64,000 nt of DNA from Lytechinus pictus. Taxonomy: Eukaryota. The notes beneath the pieces are model-generated. The model ran no database searches, was not told the origin of the DNA, and was given only the letters and a program-made list of their open reading frames with translations. A program made the translations under genes and the position numbers. Position 1 is the stretch's first letter. The number at the start of each line of letters is the position of its first letter. The stretch lies in the NCBI RefSeq assembly GCF_037042905.1, contig NC_087245.1:26724001-26788000 (forward strand), in the 5' to 3' direction. Below are positions 12,838 through 27,515 of the stretch, piece by piece.

Positions 12838-15800
12838 CTAATTACGGGTGCATCCAAGTTGTACACTAGGTGACATTACTGCAAGTGAAAAGTGAAATAA
12901 CAAAATATCATTCTAAAACATTTCCTGTTCAAAACATTAATTGTGCTGTGACCAGGGTACATAGGAAATAAATTAAAGTTTGCATTATCGGCAATTTCTT
13001 CCCTTCCCTTTTCAGTTTGTTGTATATACATTGTTAAGCAAACGCAGACTTGACAAGTGTCAGAAAACTCTTTCCAGATATGTCATTGTTCTGCTCCCAC
13101 ATCAGGGGCCCCGTTTCATAAAGGTCTTGCAACTGTTGTAACTTTGCCAACTACCATTGTTACACGGCTCAGCAGTCAATCATAATCAAGGTTTCCATAG
13201 TAGTTGCAATGTAAAATGGTAAAGTTACAACAGTTGCAAGTCCATTATGAAATGGGCCCAGATTGGAAGTGGATATGATTTCTGTTATCCATAATAGGAG
13301 TGGTTAACAGTGATGTGAATTGGCAATGCTTCACAAATGACCCTTCTTCTGTACACAAAGAAATATTTGCTACAAATGTTTAATACCCGAGTTAGATGCA
13401 ATGACAATGTTATGTCCAGAAAATTAATTGCAAAGGAAAAAATTAATATTTTCCCAAAATTCTCCCAACAAGTTGTGTGATATCACATTTCAGCTTTGCA
13501 TTTGAATTTACAGCCAAAATTTTCCAAAGCACAGTGTCATATAAAAAACTCATGAATCTGAAATATTACAGACATCAAAGAGTTTTAAACTGCTCCATTT
13601 TTTAAAAGGCTTCCCTCCAAAAATCCTGTAGGATGTTGTAAGAATAGGGTATCAGCTTTATCATGAAATAAAAATGATTACAGAAAATCAATGTATGGCG
13701 ACAATATTTACTTATATACAAATTTTGTGATTCATGCTGGGTAATCAAGCCTGTTTGCTTTATTGTGGGTAGCATGGATTGTCACCAGATTAAAGATACA
13801 TGCTCTTGACTTACATTCAACCAGTGCCTTCACGGCCTTCACCATCGTGTAGCCTCCGTTGAACAGTCGACAGGTCATTAATGTTCCAACAAGATTACAG
13901 GAAAGTCGAACTCTGTTTGTCCCTCTTCTAGCATTCTCTCCCTTGATATAATGGCTGAAGATAAAAAGGCACAAAAATCAAGAGTGTTTAGTGCTATCAT
14001 CAATGATAATATGCTAATTCTACATAGTAATGTGGAGTAATAAATGACCATTATTCATATTCCGCACACGAAGAATCTTGCTATAGGACTGGTCAGAAGT
14101 CAGTCACTTGATAAAGGGTAGATTAGCCATCAATCATCACTTGCAGTGATGGAACTTTTGCGTTGCGCTGATCACTTCATTCCATACAGTAATAACGCGT
14201 TATAATGACACTATATGCGCAAAATAATGAGGTCATTGCCACTTGATTTTTTTGGGTTCCATCATTCTCCATCACATGCAGTGACGATTTTACTCAAAAT
14301 AAAAGCGCATTGCCCCTCAATTGTTTTGTTGTGACAATAAAATTCCTTTGCGAGGTCACAATTTTTTAAATTGAGCAGGATCTAGACGCTCGCGCCCAGT
14401 TTACATATGCGCTAGCATTAAAACAAGCAGTGATTTTTTTCCCCAAAAAGAAAACCTTGTTTATTATTTAATTGAATCAAACTTCTTGTAAAGATGTATG
14501 AATATCGGCTTCTATTAGTGGTTCCAGATGTGAAATATAAGCATATAATCACCTCTTGATTTTAGGTGACGAGGCAAACTATCACTTCGCTTCAGAAAGA
14601 TAGCTACATCTAGCTTGCCTCAAAAGTGACCTCAACCATCGATAATTATCTGCTTACTATCTAAAATCATAACTCACCATCAAATTTCAGATTCTGATAA
14701 TGGCTGGAGCCAAGAAGTCCTTTCACTGCTTGTTCTTCCTCCTCATACTCCTATTTCTTCTGGAGCATATCACGATACATTTCATTAGGTTAAGATCTGG
14801 CACATTTCTCTTCTTTTCACCTTCTTTCTTCTCTTGGTCACTAGTGAGATGATCATAGATACAAAGAACATGGTTAGATTCGGTGTTGTTGCAATGGTGG
14901 TTAGTGTCACTTGAAACATTCCACCACTAAATATTTCTGATTGGCATCCGATGCCATATCACACCTGGGGCCCGTTGCAAAAGAGTTGCATTTAAACGCA
15001 ATTATATTCCACATACTAAGAATCTTGCTACAGGATTGGTCAGAAGTCGGTCACGTGATCCAGGGTAGTTTCCCCATCAATCATCACTCGCAATGATGGA
15101 ACTTTTTTGTTTCACTGATCTTTTTCAGCCCATAAGGTCAAAACGCATTATGAATTAGTTTAAGTTTCTTGGTCCATTTTTTTTTTTTATCACCTGCAGT
15201 GACGATTGCGCAAGATCTACATGGGGCATGAAGTGTACATATACACTAGCAGTAAAACTTTGCGCAAAAAAGTGCATTGCCCCTGGATTGTTTTGTTGTT
15301 ACGGTAAAGTTCCTTGGTGAGGTCACAATAAATCTTGCTGGAGCAAGATATCTGATGCCTTCACACAGTTTACATATGCGCTAGCATCAAAACAAGCATA
15401 CATGTAATCGTCTCAATGGATTTTTTTTCAAAGAAAACCTTGATAAAAAAAAAATCTTATAGATTCGTATTGATATTGTTCTCTTCGTTTATAGCAGTTC
15501 TCAATGCGGAATATAAAGCATTTGCTTCGGAAAGATAGCTACATCCAGCTTGCCTCGTAAGTGATAGTTTGCCCATTACCTTCACAAACAGTGATTATTT
15601 GCTTACTATCTAAAATCATAACTCACCATCAAATTTCAGATTTCTGATAATGGGTGGAGCCATGCATTACTTCCGCTGCTTGTTCTTCCTCCTCGTCCTC
15701 CTATTTCTTCTGGAGCATTTCACGATACATTTCATTAGATTCAGATCTGGCACATCTCTCTTCTTTTCACCTTCATTCTTCTCTTGTTCCCTAGTGAGAT

Positions 15801-18243
15801 GATCATAGATACAAAGCAAACGGTTAGATTTGATGTTGTCGCAATGGTGGTTAGTGCTGCTTGGAACTTTCTATCACTCAAAATGTCTGATCGACACTTG
15901 ATTGTTGAAAGAGTTGTGTTTAAATGCGACTAAACAAAAAACAAGTGCAAGTTCCTAATAGGAAAATCACATCATTTACCCTATGACAAAGAAGAAAAAT
16001 CATATGAAAAACTACTAGGCAAATAAGGAGGATAAAAAACAAATGCCTCAAATGTCATGACTGGAAATAATCTGTAAAAAGGGCTTAATTAGAAACAGTT
16101 CAGAGGCCCAGTGGGTGTTTCATAAACCTGATCGTAAGTTAAGAGTGACTTTAAGAACGACTGGTGATCCCTTTTTGCGGTAAGTGGTATATTGAATTGG
16201 CGATGGTTTAGCGCGTAAGAAAGGATCACCAGTCGTTCTTAAAGTCGCTCTTAACTTACAAACGGCTTGATGAAACGGCCCCCAGGTATCAAATTTTATT
16301 CCTAATTTCCAGAGCATCAAATCTGCAAGAGTCGATTTAGACTTTGTTTTCATTTTAATTTCAATCCAGAATGAAATAAATGCATATTGAATTGAAAAAA
16401 ATATATGGTAGTAGATTGAGAGTGACATCAGTTATTGTGGATAAGTTCCAAATTATTGGCCATGTAATATTATAAAAATTACTATTATTGCATAATTAAG
16501 AGTTTCTATAAGTCTATGGCAAACCATAAACAAATATATTTACAACCAAATGTAAGTATTGATATCATTTCTTAAACTTACAATAGAATTCAGGATTGAG
16601 TCTCTTATCCATAGAAGCAATATTAGGAAGGTCCTTTCTCATGTAGCAAAATGAGGAGTGATAGTCCAAGTGTGTCCGTGTAATCCAATCTGAGAACAAT
16701 TCCAAAAAAGCAGGGATATTTTATAGGTTTTTTTTTAATCATGGAAAAAATATCAACATAAAAAGAGCTAAATTCTTGCCATTAAATTCACTTCGAAACA
16801 ATTCCATATTAATCAAACATTTTTCATCCTTGAGCTGGGCCTTGTTGTGTAGCATTAAACTTACCATTATGGTAACTTTGCCATCCAATGGTAACTTGCA
16901 TGGAATCCTTGATTCTGATTGGCTGTTGATCATCGTTAACATGGTAGATACCACTGGATGGCAAAGTTACCATAATAGTAATATATGCAACAGGTCCCTA
17001 GTCTGCTGGCACAGACCCTGAAATTTAGATGAACAAGTGGGTCTTCGGCTCTTGGCATAAGACTAGCTCAAATAACACTTGCTTTTTCTGTGCACAAGTC
17101 ATAGGCAGGGACTTTTATAGTCTGCATATTCATACCACTTTCGAAGAGTGAAGGATATGTAAAGCGAACTACATTAGACTCTCACTCTTCTCCATTCTTG
17201 AACAATAGATTTGTTGCTCCAATATACACCCATTTCAACTTACCCCACGTTCCAACTAACCCCGATCTCCCCTACTTAAGTTATTTACCTTGCATTATCA
17301 AGTTCATCTCTGTCTAGATCCTTCTCAGCTCTGTTTCACTCCAACATTCCTGTTCCAGCTGGATGACTTCTAGTATGGATTTAAAAAAGATGATGAAGAT
17401 GAGGATGATGTTGATGATATGCTGGGCCAGATTTTGTCCAACCACCATTAAAATCAGCCAGACTATTATGTTCAATCAAGTTTCTTACTTTTTTATTGTC
17501 AAAATTCTTCATTGTCAGGTCCACTCTGTTATCAAATCATAAATGGCAGTTAGCCGTTAACAGCAGGATTGGAACCTATGCCATTGCGTCAGTACAGCAA
17601 AAGCTCTGACCCAACACTCTTACCACTAGACCACAACTCTGTAGATGTTCTATACCTCCGGATTGCTCAATATTTTTTTCAATATCCTAAGGATTATTGC
17701 CAATATGACGATGAGGCATATTAGCTATTATAAGACACCTGGATAGATCCTTGTGATTTGATTGGTTGTTTGATATCGTTCATTCAGCCCATTTTGCAAT
17801 GACGTCATCAACCGTGCAATTTTGGATCCATACGATTTTGTCCATTGCACTCAAGCACCGAGACTGCAGCTGCAGGCACCAGCAGTGCGCATGTTGTAAT
17901 GACGTAACAATCAACAGACCAAACTCCATAGATATAATTATATACTAATAACGCAAACTAGTAATATATCTCTATGCCGAACTCGCACTGCATGAGCATG
18001 TTTTGCATCGAAATTCATGAATTTCATATGAAAAAAAAATATATTTTTAGGTGTCATATAAACCAAATAATGAATGTTTTTTCATTCGTGCAATGGACAG
18101 AATACTTTATTCGGTGAAAGATGAAATAATGATCCATTCAACTCGGCTACGCCTCGTTGAATGGATCATTTCATCTTTCACCTCATGAAGTATTCTGTCC
18201 ATTGCACTCATAAACATTCATTATTTGTATACTATACTATAGT

Positions 18244-18346
18244 AATGATGGTGAATGATAATGGTGATGATAATGACAAAGATGATGATGACAAAGATGA
18301 TGATGATAGTGATGTTGATGATAATGGTGATAATGGTGATGATGAC
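18244..18346. repeat. (GAT)n microsatellite
   Basis: Direct inspection. Confidence 0.9.
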
Positions 18347-18737
18347 TAACATTACCAATAAACAAACTGTAATGATTAAGGCCTAATTTTAACTAAAAGT
18401 TTTAATTTATCCTTGGAAAGGAAACAAAATAAAACTCACCATTCAGTTGAAACTAGGGCTGAGTTTATCTGACTGGTCCATAGATGACCGACCAATGCTT
18501 CCAGTCAGTGATGCAATTTCTTACAGACCGGTGGACTACGTGAAATAAATAAATACAATCGAAATTCACAGAGTCAAGAAGTTTGACAATTAAGCAGTTG
18601 AAGGCCAAAATTTCTTCAAAGTTCCATCTGATATTATCATTTCATATGATATTATCAATTAAGTATGAATATGGAATATCATTACGAAGCAAGATTTCTA
18701 AACTTCATTGCTTGAATTTACCAGCCAATGAAAATGT

Positions 18738-19020
18738 GGGTATGTTGTGGTCTAGTAGTTGACTTTTGCCTTTGAAACAGAGGGTCATGGGTTTGAATCC
18801 TAGCCATGGCATGTTTTCTTCAGCAAGAAATTTATCCACACTGTGCTGCACTCGACCCAGGTGAGGTGAATGGGTACCCGGCAGGAGTAATTCCTTGCAT
18901 GCACTGAGCGCCGGTGATGGTAGCTCGAGCTAAAGCCGGGTAATAACAACAGCGCTTTGTATCCTCAGGCAAAAAGCGCTTAATAAATCCAGATATTATT
19001 ATCATTATTAATGACATTAT
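18738..19020 (+). mobile_element. tRNA-derived SINE
   Basis: Box A tggtctagtag, box B ggtttgaatcc, core cgacccaggtg..aatgggtacc, (ATT)n tail. Confidence 0.8.
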
Positions 19021-19597
19021 AATCATGTTGCCTGGGGCAACCAATTTGTTTTGCCTGTTTGCAACTCTTAGTTACTCTGCTGCAGAACTACAGCTGAGTA
19101 GCTAAGAGTTACAAACAGACAGAACATAACGGTCACACTCAATTGGATTAAGAAATTACAGGCCGATATAATTCAAGCAATAAAATTAAGAAATCCTGCT
19201 TGGTAATCTGATTTCTATTTTTCTACTTGATTGATTTAAGGTTTGAATTATAGTATCATGAGAAAATTTTAAATGTAAAGGAAATGTGGGGCTCAAAATG
19301 TTTGACAGTTTTTTGTGACACTGAATTTCCTTTATTTCACAAGTCCACCGGTCTCTGCTGAAATATCAATAGCGCTCATCAGTCCAAAAAAATTAAAACT
19401 TTCACTGCTGACACTCTTCATCTGATCCTTCATAGAGACATCCTGTAAAAAACAAAAACATAAAACATAACTAAGCCTTAATTACAGAAATAAGACTACA
19501 TGTAGACTATATTTGCAAGACTATTATTTTTAAAAGCCAACCCAGGATGAACACCCTCTGAATCAGAAACAAATGCTGTATCACTATTAAGTTCTTT

Positions 19598-20407
19598 GAA
19601 AATGTTGTAACTGCACAATACTATGAAAATGTTGTAACTGCACAATACTATGAAAATGTTGTAACTGCACAATACTATGAAAATGTAAAAATTGCAAACT
19701 ATTATGAAAATGGGGGTAACTGCATAAGGGCAATTCCATAGGTTGGTGGACATGAGCTCAATGTGTCTTTGTACATATAGCCCATCTAAACCGTAACGTG
19801 AGTAACCACTTTATCTGCACCCCTTGTAAAAACCATGTGTTCTTTATTTTTTTAATTATATACAAATTTGTCTCCCTAATATACTTCTTTGAAATGGATA
19901 TAATCAACGTTCATAAAAGCCTTGCATGAGGACACTTTTCACTTAAGTCCACTTTTCATTTTATGCATGTCCAAATCATGTAACGTGAGTAACCAACACA
20001 TTTCAAAGATTTGCCAGGAGCATAATGAAATTTCCCAAGTTTTGTTTTTATACAAAGGATAGTCAAACTGCGTACTATGTTGTGATAAAGAAATGTTTAG
20101 TTCCTATCAATAATAATGGAGTTACAGCTCCAAGTATGAGTCAAGGTGTCTCCAAATGTAACGTGAGTAACCGTGGAATAGCCCATAATACTAAAATGTT
20201 GTAAATGCGCAATACTATGAAAATGGTTTAATGGCACAATACTATGTAAATGTGGAAATTGCAAACTACAGTACATATGTAAATGTGGAAATTGCAAACT
20301 ACAGTACATGTACTATGGAAATGTGGAAATTGCAAACTACTATGAAAACGGGGTAACTGCACAATCCTATGTAAATGTGGTGACTGCAAAATACTATGAA
20401 AATGTGG
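19598..20407. repeat. 27-bp degenerate minisatellite split by a MITE
   Basis: gaaaatgttgtaactgcacaatactat units on both sides of 19728-20184. Confidence 0.85.
19728..20184. mobile_element. MITE with 4-bp TSD (Sola2-like) inserted in a 27-bp minisatellite
   Basis: TIR gggc(a/t)attcca; ATAA on both sides; gtaacgtgagtaacc three times inside. Confidence 0.68.
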
Positions 20408-21157
20408 TACCCGGTAGTTGCAAAGAATTCCTTCATTTACATGTAGGGGAGAGTGGGGTAAATAAGGCTGCAGAAAAAATGACACTGACAATTATTCAGT
20501 GCTCAAATGGATGGATATCTGCAGCTCTAGACTAGGATTCTTGTAATGCTCTTGTTTAACTCTTATTTGGCATAAATTGCTGTCAGGAAAAAAACTGCTA
20601 CAGAAAATCTAAATGCAGACAGGTGGAAAGCTTTGCCAAATAAGCTGGAAATAAAACGTGGAAAAAATCCAAAGCTGTAGGTTTCATCGATTTTGTATGA
20701 AGGAAAAACTAAGTGATAAAGTGAAGAAAATCAAATGCGTAATATGAAAAATCACCCAGTTTTTCTGTGTAAAAACTTATGGAAACACAACAATTCTAAA
20801 ACTTAGAATGCTTTCATGGTCTTGTGGCCAGTGAAAAACAAACACAACAAAGCATATTTCAAAGCTAAATAATTGGAGCTATTCCTAAGGAAAACACTCA
20901 GCTGGCAAGCAGCGAAAATTACGCATTTACATGTAAACCTTGGATTGCTATGTTTTGTAGTTTATAAGCTTTCAATCGGTATATCATTTTTCAATACCAG
21001 TTTCCGGTTCGGTCTAAAAATTTTTAAGGAAAAATGAAACAGAGAAATGAATAATTTTGCCAATTTTAAGTATAAAAAAATATCAAATAGGACTTCAAAT
21101 AATCATGTGTAAAAAACAGGAGAGGGGGAATTGATGACTTACCACTCTCTAAAGCTA

Positions 21158-21722
21158 ACCCGCCAATGATCATCCTCTTCACAAAGATCTCATGCTCATT
21201 CTCTGCAACATCCTCGCTGTTACCCACCAAGGATCACTGTCTTGACAAAGATCCCAAAGTCACTCTCTGCAACCTCCTAGCTGTTACCCGCCAATGATCA
21301 TCCTCTTTATAAAGATAACAACATCATTCTCTGCAACATCCTCGCTGTTACCCGCCAAGGGTCACCATCTTTAGAAAGATCTGAGGTCATTCTCTGCAAC
21401 ATCCTTGCTGTTGCCTGCCAATGATCATCCTCTTCACAAAGATTCCAACATCATTCTCTGCAACATCCTCGCTGTTACCCGCCAGGCATCATCCTCTTCA
21501 CAAAGATTCCGAGGTCACTCTCTGCAACATCCTCGCCGTTACCCGCCAGGCATCACCCAAGGTCATTCTCTGTAACATCCTCGCTGTTACCCGCCAAGGA
21601 TCACCGTCTTAAAAAAGATCCTGAGGTCATTATCTGCAACATCTTCGCTGCTACCCGCTAGGGATAACCATCTTCACAAAGACCCGAAGGTCATTCTCTC
21701 CAACATCCTCATTGTTACCACC
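21158..21722. repeat. 64-bp minisatellite with alternating subtypes
   Basis: ctctgcaac at 21201, 21265, 21329, 21392, 21456, 21520. Confidence 0.92.
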
Positions 21723-23792
21723 AACAATTTTGATCCCTGACAAATGATGAAAAGAATTTTATAATCATTACTATTATCCATTATTCTGTAAAATAACAGA
21801 AGTTAAAAGGAAATCCAACCCAAAAGGGCAAAAAGTTTCAAAATAGAAAAGAAAAATCAAAGAAGCAGATAGATGTACCTGTAGATGAAAGATTGAACAA
21901 ATTTGGAAAAAGAATAAGAAAATCATGAATTTTTGGAAGTATGCGCCACGATTGCACTAAGATGGTGTGCCATTGAGATGCAGCGCATTGCAGAGCTGTT
22001 GCAGTGTGTGCGCTGGCCTGCGATGCCATTGCATAGAGATGCGATTGGCAATATGTTCCAATCAGATGTCAATCAAGTGGTGTGTTTTCAGATAAATGAA
22101 AATACAGTCTATGTAATGCTTCAGTCTCTGTACAATTGGTTGTTCTGCTGAACTACGTCGGCTTTCCACAACTGGGTACTACTTAATTACAGGGGTATTT
22201 CGGGATAAAAATAATTTATCTACATAAATTAAAATTCACTGAGTAAAATGCTGAAAATTTCATCAAAACCTGATAATAACAAATTATAAAATGTTAATGT
22301 TTAGCAATATTTTGTGAAAACAGTTATGATGCACATCATCATGACTATTAATAAGGTCAGCTGATGATGTCACATCCCTATGTTCTGTGTTTCTGTTTAT
22401 GGTAACTCCCATATGAACTCTGTAGGACAGCCAAGCTGGTATATAACCAATTACCTAGGAAACATTTTACATCTTGTGTGTGATATGTCTCCCCAATAAT
22501 AAAATAAGTTGCAGCAATGATGCATTAAAACAGTTGTCAATACATTTTTTAGCTGTTGGAGGACAAAATTTGTATGAGCATAATATCATGTACTTAAATA
22601 CAAGCAAGTGGGATATGCATCATTAGTTTGCTCATTGAATATTTGAAGACTGCTAAAAGTGCTTCACTGAAATAATGTAAATCTTTAATGTCATAACTTT
22701 GTTATTCATTGTCCTATTCTGATAAAATTTTCAGTGTTTTTTTTTTTTTGGTCTGATGTTTCTTCATCTGTTCAAATCATGCTATTTTCAGCCTCGCGTA
22801 CCCCTTGAAAATGGGATTGGTAAACTCACCTTGCTGCAGAAATATGACATCTCAGAAAGGTTCTGTTCCCGTGGCATTCCGTACGTGCACGTCAGTTCTT
22901 AGCAAGATCTCAGCATCAAATCCACATAGGTATAGTATGGTCAGATAACACCACAATCCATCCGGAGTAGAATAACAAGAAAGCACCCTGCTATAATAGA
23001 CTCCTTTTGGGCGATATGTGTATCCAATAGCGCTTGCACTATTAACGGGGTACCGTCTGTGGACTGTGGGACGATAGAAAAATGCCAGATATTGTTAAAC
23101 AAATCCCCAGAAAAGACGGTTATTCCTGTCTATTGTTTAGGATACATTATACAATTCCCAAGAATGTTCTGTAATCTGATTGGTCCAAATCGGATCACAT
23201 GATATTCAGCGAATTGCACTATTGCATCCAAAATGCACTATCCTGCACTCTGACGTCATACCAAATGTACTATCCTGCACTCTGACGTAAGAGTGCAGGA
23301 TAGTGCGAGGTCTGGAATTATCTAGAATTTAGATCAAAATATAGCATTCAGGGCGACTCAGTAACATGGGGGAGGGGGGGGGGGGTTGTATAAAACAAAC
23401 AATGCATGCATTCTTGTGCATTGATATGCATTAATATTGAAATTTAGATAACATTGTTAATATTTTGGAGCTCTGAAAGATCTGATGTTTTAAATTTTAA
23501 TCAAGGCGAAAGCAGTGGCCTTAATATTTAAATGCATGTTAGATTACTGTTTTGTTTGACTATTTGTAACATTTCAATTTATTTAATAAAGATTTTAGTC
23601 ATCCTGCGACTTATCAATTTGATAGCTCTGAAAATGGAAAGAATGTAAATTTGCAAACTTTTGATCGTGTGCCTTATGGGAGAAAAGCTCACATTTTTTA
23701 GACAAAAAAATTTAGGTTGCTTAGAAAAAAATACATAAAAATATCCCTCCAATGTAATAGAAGCATTAAAAGGGCATTTTATTTTTATTTAC

Positions 23793-24600
23793 CTTCTGCG
23801 TTCCATTGAAGAATAGTGTCTCTCTGTCTGCCAGGAGATTCCTCAATAGCTTGATATTGTGACATATATCGGGAAAGAAAATGATGGTGTCACCATTGGC
23901 AGGATTTCCGAATCTGCCGTCAATGTTGTGTGGTACATTGAGCTTGGCACCATCATTGTTGGTGTGGATTTTTTTGTTGATGCACCATCACATACAATGG
24001 CTGATATTCTAAAGCCTTGGTCATTCAACAGATGCAGGCATTCTTTGAGGAGGGCACATCGAAAGGTAGAAATGAGTCGTTTGAGTGGAAAATGCCCTTA
24101 CGTCAACTTAACCCTCTTGTTCATTGCAACACACACTTGCTAAGGGCCTGTGTTGCCGGCTCCTTATCTCCTTGTGACTGGGCTTTACCTTTCCCAACAT
24201 CTGTGAACCCAACTTTTTTATCCTTTGGCTTGTTGTAGCTTATTTGTGATCTTATGCTTATCGCGGCAAAAATTAAGGTCCAATAGATTGGAGTACTGCT
24301 CTTGGCTTGAATTACTGTCATAGCTTTGATTGATTCTGTGGTGAAGCCAGGTTCCTCATTTATGGTACTTAAAAGTTTCCTTATCGTGCATTGCGAGGGT
24401 AGTGACAAAATTGTTCTTAAATGTTGGTATTATCGTGGGGACAGATAGTGGATGGAGCATGCGAGTATATCTTCTCCCGCTGCATTTTTTGGTTATGTAG
24501 TGCTTCGTTGTTTAGGATTTCATGAGCATCCCCATGTACTGAAAGTTTCACTTATTTGTGTGTCTGTCATGCCGTTCGATTTCATCGTTTCTCCCAGCTC
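23793..24600 (-). pseudogene. P-element/THAP9-like transposase relic
   Basis: YQHLRTILSLPSQCTIRKLL..EPGF, TLIFAAISI, VGFTDVG, ATQAL, AIVCDGAS; stops and frameshifts; splice acceptor at 24601. Confidence 0.78.
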
Positions 24601-25329
24601 CTGTTAAAAACAAAATCATAATTGGTTGAATTTACTTAATAAAACTTTTTATGAATAATTTTTATTCAATTTTTCATTACTAGTAGTATCTCTATTTTGT
24701 CCTTTCTTTTTCAACGTCTCCTTCCCAGGAAAGGGGGGGGGACATTTAACTATATTGCTGTACTCAGGGGCGACCAAAAATTGTAAAAAGGGTAAATTTT
24801 GCTGATCGTGCTAATTATTAAGGTGTCAAAAAGGCAAAAATAAAACAAAATAGGGTAAAATTGTGGGGTAAAACAAATATAAATTTAGGGTATCTTTTTC
24901 TCCAAGATTGTTTTACAGACTTGCTGCTGTTTAAATGCCGGGGTTGTGTTTTAACTTCTTGTTTCCATTATTTCCATTATTTGTAGAGGTTTCAATGAGA
25001 GGAATTCTCATAAACATTGTTGTGTAAACATTGGGTATGTTTTAGGGACTATTCCTTTTAAGTGGTATGTTTTAGAGGTTATACATGAACCTTTTTAGGG
25101 GGCAAAATTGTTAAAAAAGCACCTGGAAATACTTGGAATAGGGTATGAATTTGACCAATTGATGAAATTGTTAATGGTGGGATTTGTTAAACCAATGGTC
25201 GCATTTGTGCACAGTAATATAAATAAGCCCCCCCCCCCTCCCTTGGCCTCGTTTCATGTATCTCTATTTTTGTACACAGTAATGAGACTATTGAAACCAT
25301 GATGTAATTTCATATCTTTTTGTTTTTCA

Positions 25330-26135
25330 GCATTCTGGTATCTTTCGATTGGAAAAAAGCTCCATTATGGCCAAAGTTCGTTGACCCTAAATTACCTTTG
25401 ACCTTGGTCATGTGACCTGAGACTTGCACAGGATGTTTGCTAATACTTGATTGCTCTTATATCCATGTTCCATTAACTAGATCTATAAATTTTCAAATTT
25501 ATGATGGCAATTCAACTAATTCCCCCTCATAATCTAAGTTCAATGACCCTAAATGTCCTTTGATCTTGGTCATGTGACCTGAAACTCACAAAGGATGTTC
25601 AGTGATACTTGATTACTCTTGTGTACAATTTTTATGAACCATATTCATAAACTTTAAAAGTTATGATGAAAATCAACAAACATCCCCCAACATGGTCAAA
25701 GTTCATTGACCCTAAATGACTTTTGACCTTGGTCATGTTACCTGAAACACAGGCAGGTTGCTCAGTAATACTCGATCACCCTTATGTCAAGTTTCATGAA
25801 CTAGGCCTATAAGCTTTTTAAGTTATGATGACATTTCAAAAACTTAACCTTTGGTTAGGATTTTGATGTTGATACCCCCAAAATGGTCAAGTTCATTGAC
25901 CCTAAATGACCTTTGACTTTGGTCATGTGACATCAGACTCTGGCAAAAAGATGGTCAGTAATACTTGATAATCATTATGTCAAAGTTTCATGAACTAGGC
26001 CCATATACTTTCTAAGTTATGATGGCATTTAAAAAACTTAACCTTCGGTTAAGATTTGATGGTGACGATGCCCCCGCCGCCACCGTTGGAAAAGCGGCGC
26101 CTATAGTCTTGTTCTGCTATGCAGGCGAGACAAAA
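25330..26135 (+). mobile_element. HINE-like element (5'-eroded), same family as 59692-61257
   Basis: Shared tgacctttgaccttggtcatgtgacctga units and near-identical 3' end ctgctatgcaggcgagacaaaaa. Confidence 0.7.
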
Positions 26136-27031
26136 ATCAATATTCTAACTATGGCAGAATAATGATATATGCTTTTCCTGCATCATTACTTGTTACCTCT
26201 AAAAAGTAGCCCTATCATGAAAGAAATAGCTCCCCCCAAAAAAATAATTCTGCAATCGCCCCAATGTGGAAAAAAAGAAAGCCCCTTTAAAAAAAATATT
26301 TTCCTTCCCTGAATTGAAATTCACAATGGTTATGTGCTTGATCAGAGAACAAGATGCGACACTTGTCATAACATCAAATATTTTCATGGTCAACTTTTAC
26401 AAAGGATTCATTATTTGCAATATTGTCTCAATGGGTTTCTGTGAAGACTCGCATGCCTATTGAATCTTACGTTTGTGAGCCTTTGCATATGAAAACTATT
26501 TCTTTACTCTCCTTTTTAGTGTCATTTCACTTGAATTCAGTTATTCAAAAATATTTTCCTTATTACATTGTACAATTTGTATATTTTTATGGGCAAATGA
26601 ATAATCATAAATATATAATATTGGATGGCTCAAAATGGAATATTAGAGATATTCATAGAGTAATAGGGGTAATATTGGTCCAAACAAGTGAAATATTTGT
26701 AGTATTCCATGAAATATAGCCATCTTTTATTACTATCTAGTCCCCCTCTTAAAGAAAAGCTAGATTTGACAAACAAATATAAATGAAGCAGAAGTCATTG
26801 GATTATGGAGGAAGTAATTGTCTTTGCTGATCAATATTTCAACATAAAAATGACATTGAACAAAATTTGTTTTACAAGCAATGAAACAGAGAATATAGAA
26901 CTAACAAACTCTGGTCCTGTTCCATTCAATATTCACAATACTAATGGCTACTTGATAGGAATGGGTACCCCGGTAATCATGATGGCAGAGTAAATGCAAT
27001 CATAACACAAACTATCAACAAAAAAACTTAC

Positions 27032-27197
27032 ATTTAATCTTGGATCTGCTGTCCCCTTGAGTTTCCCTCTGAAAGTGATCAATTTCTGTTTTCCAAAATG
27101 TTCTTGAAATGTAATGAACATCTACTTCTTATTGAATTTGTCTTCCATCGAAAGTTGCTTTAACCATTCCTTTTTCAACGATGGTCTTGCAGGGAAT
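27032..27197 (-). pseudogene. Degenerate THAP-domain exon
   Basis: (R)FPARPSLKKEWL...SRCSLHF...LKGTADP across frameshifts, bounded by TAG| and |GTAAGT. Confidence 0.68.
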
Positions 27198-27515
27198 CTA
27201 GACAATTTTAATTAAAAAAATTGTAATGGTTGTTATTACTGTATGACGTATTGTGTATGTTATGCACTACAAGACCACCAATATTCCAAGAAATCAGTGT
27301 GTTGATGAAATTCACTTGATATTCTCAGTTTACCAACAATGCACATGTGTTCTTTCAATTAGATACCATTTATAAGACAATTTTAAGCTTTTATTGACAG
27401 ATGATTAGACTCATAATCATGTTTAAGGGTCAGGGTTTTCAACCATTTTGTGCTCATTATATTTCTAGTTTGAGGCAGCAAGTGGTGCCAGAAGTCTATC
27501 ATCATATGGTTAAGT

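Noticed and set aside
17560..17640. tRNA gene on the minus strand
   Set aside because: Box A/B-like motifs only; no convincing cloverleaf, so more likely a decayed SINE head
18161..18349. Asp-rich ORF
   Set aside because: Translation of a (GAT)n microsatellite
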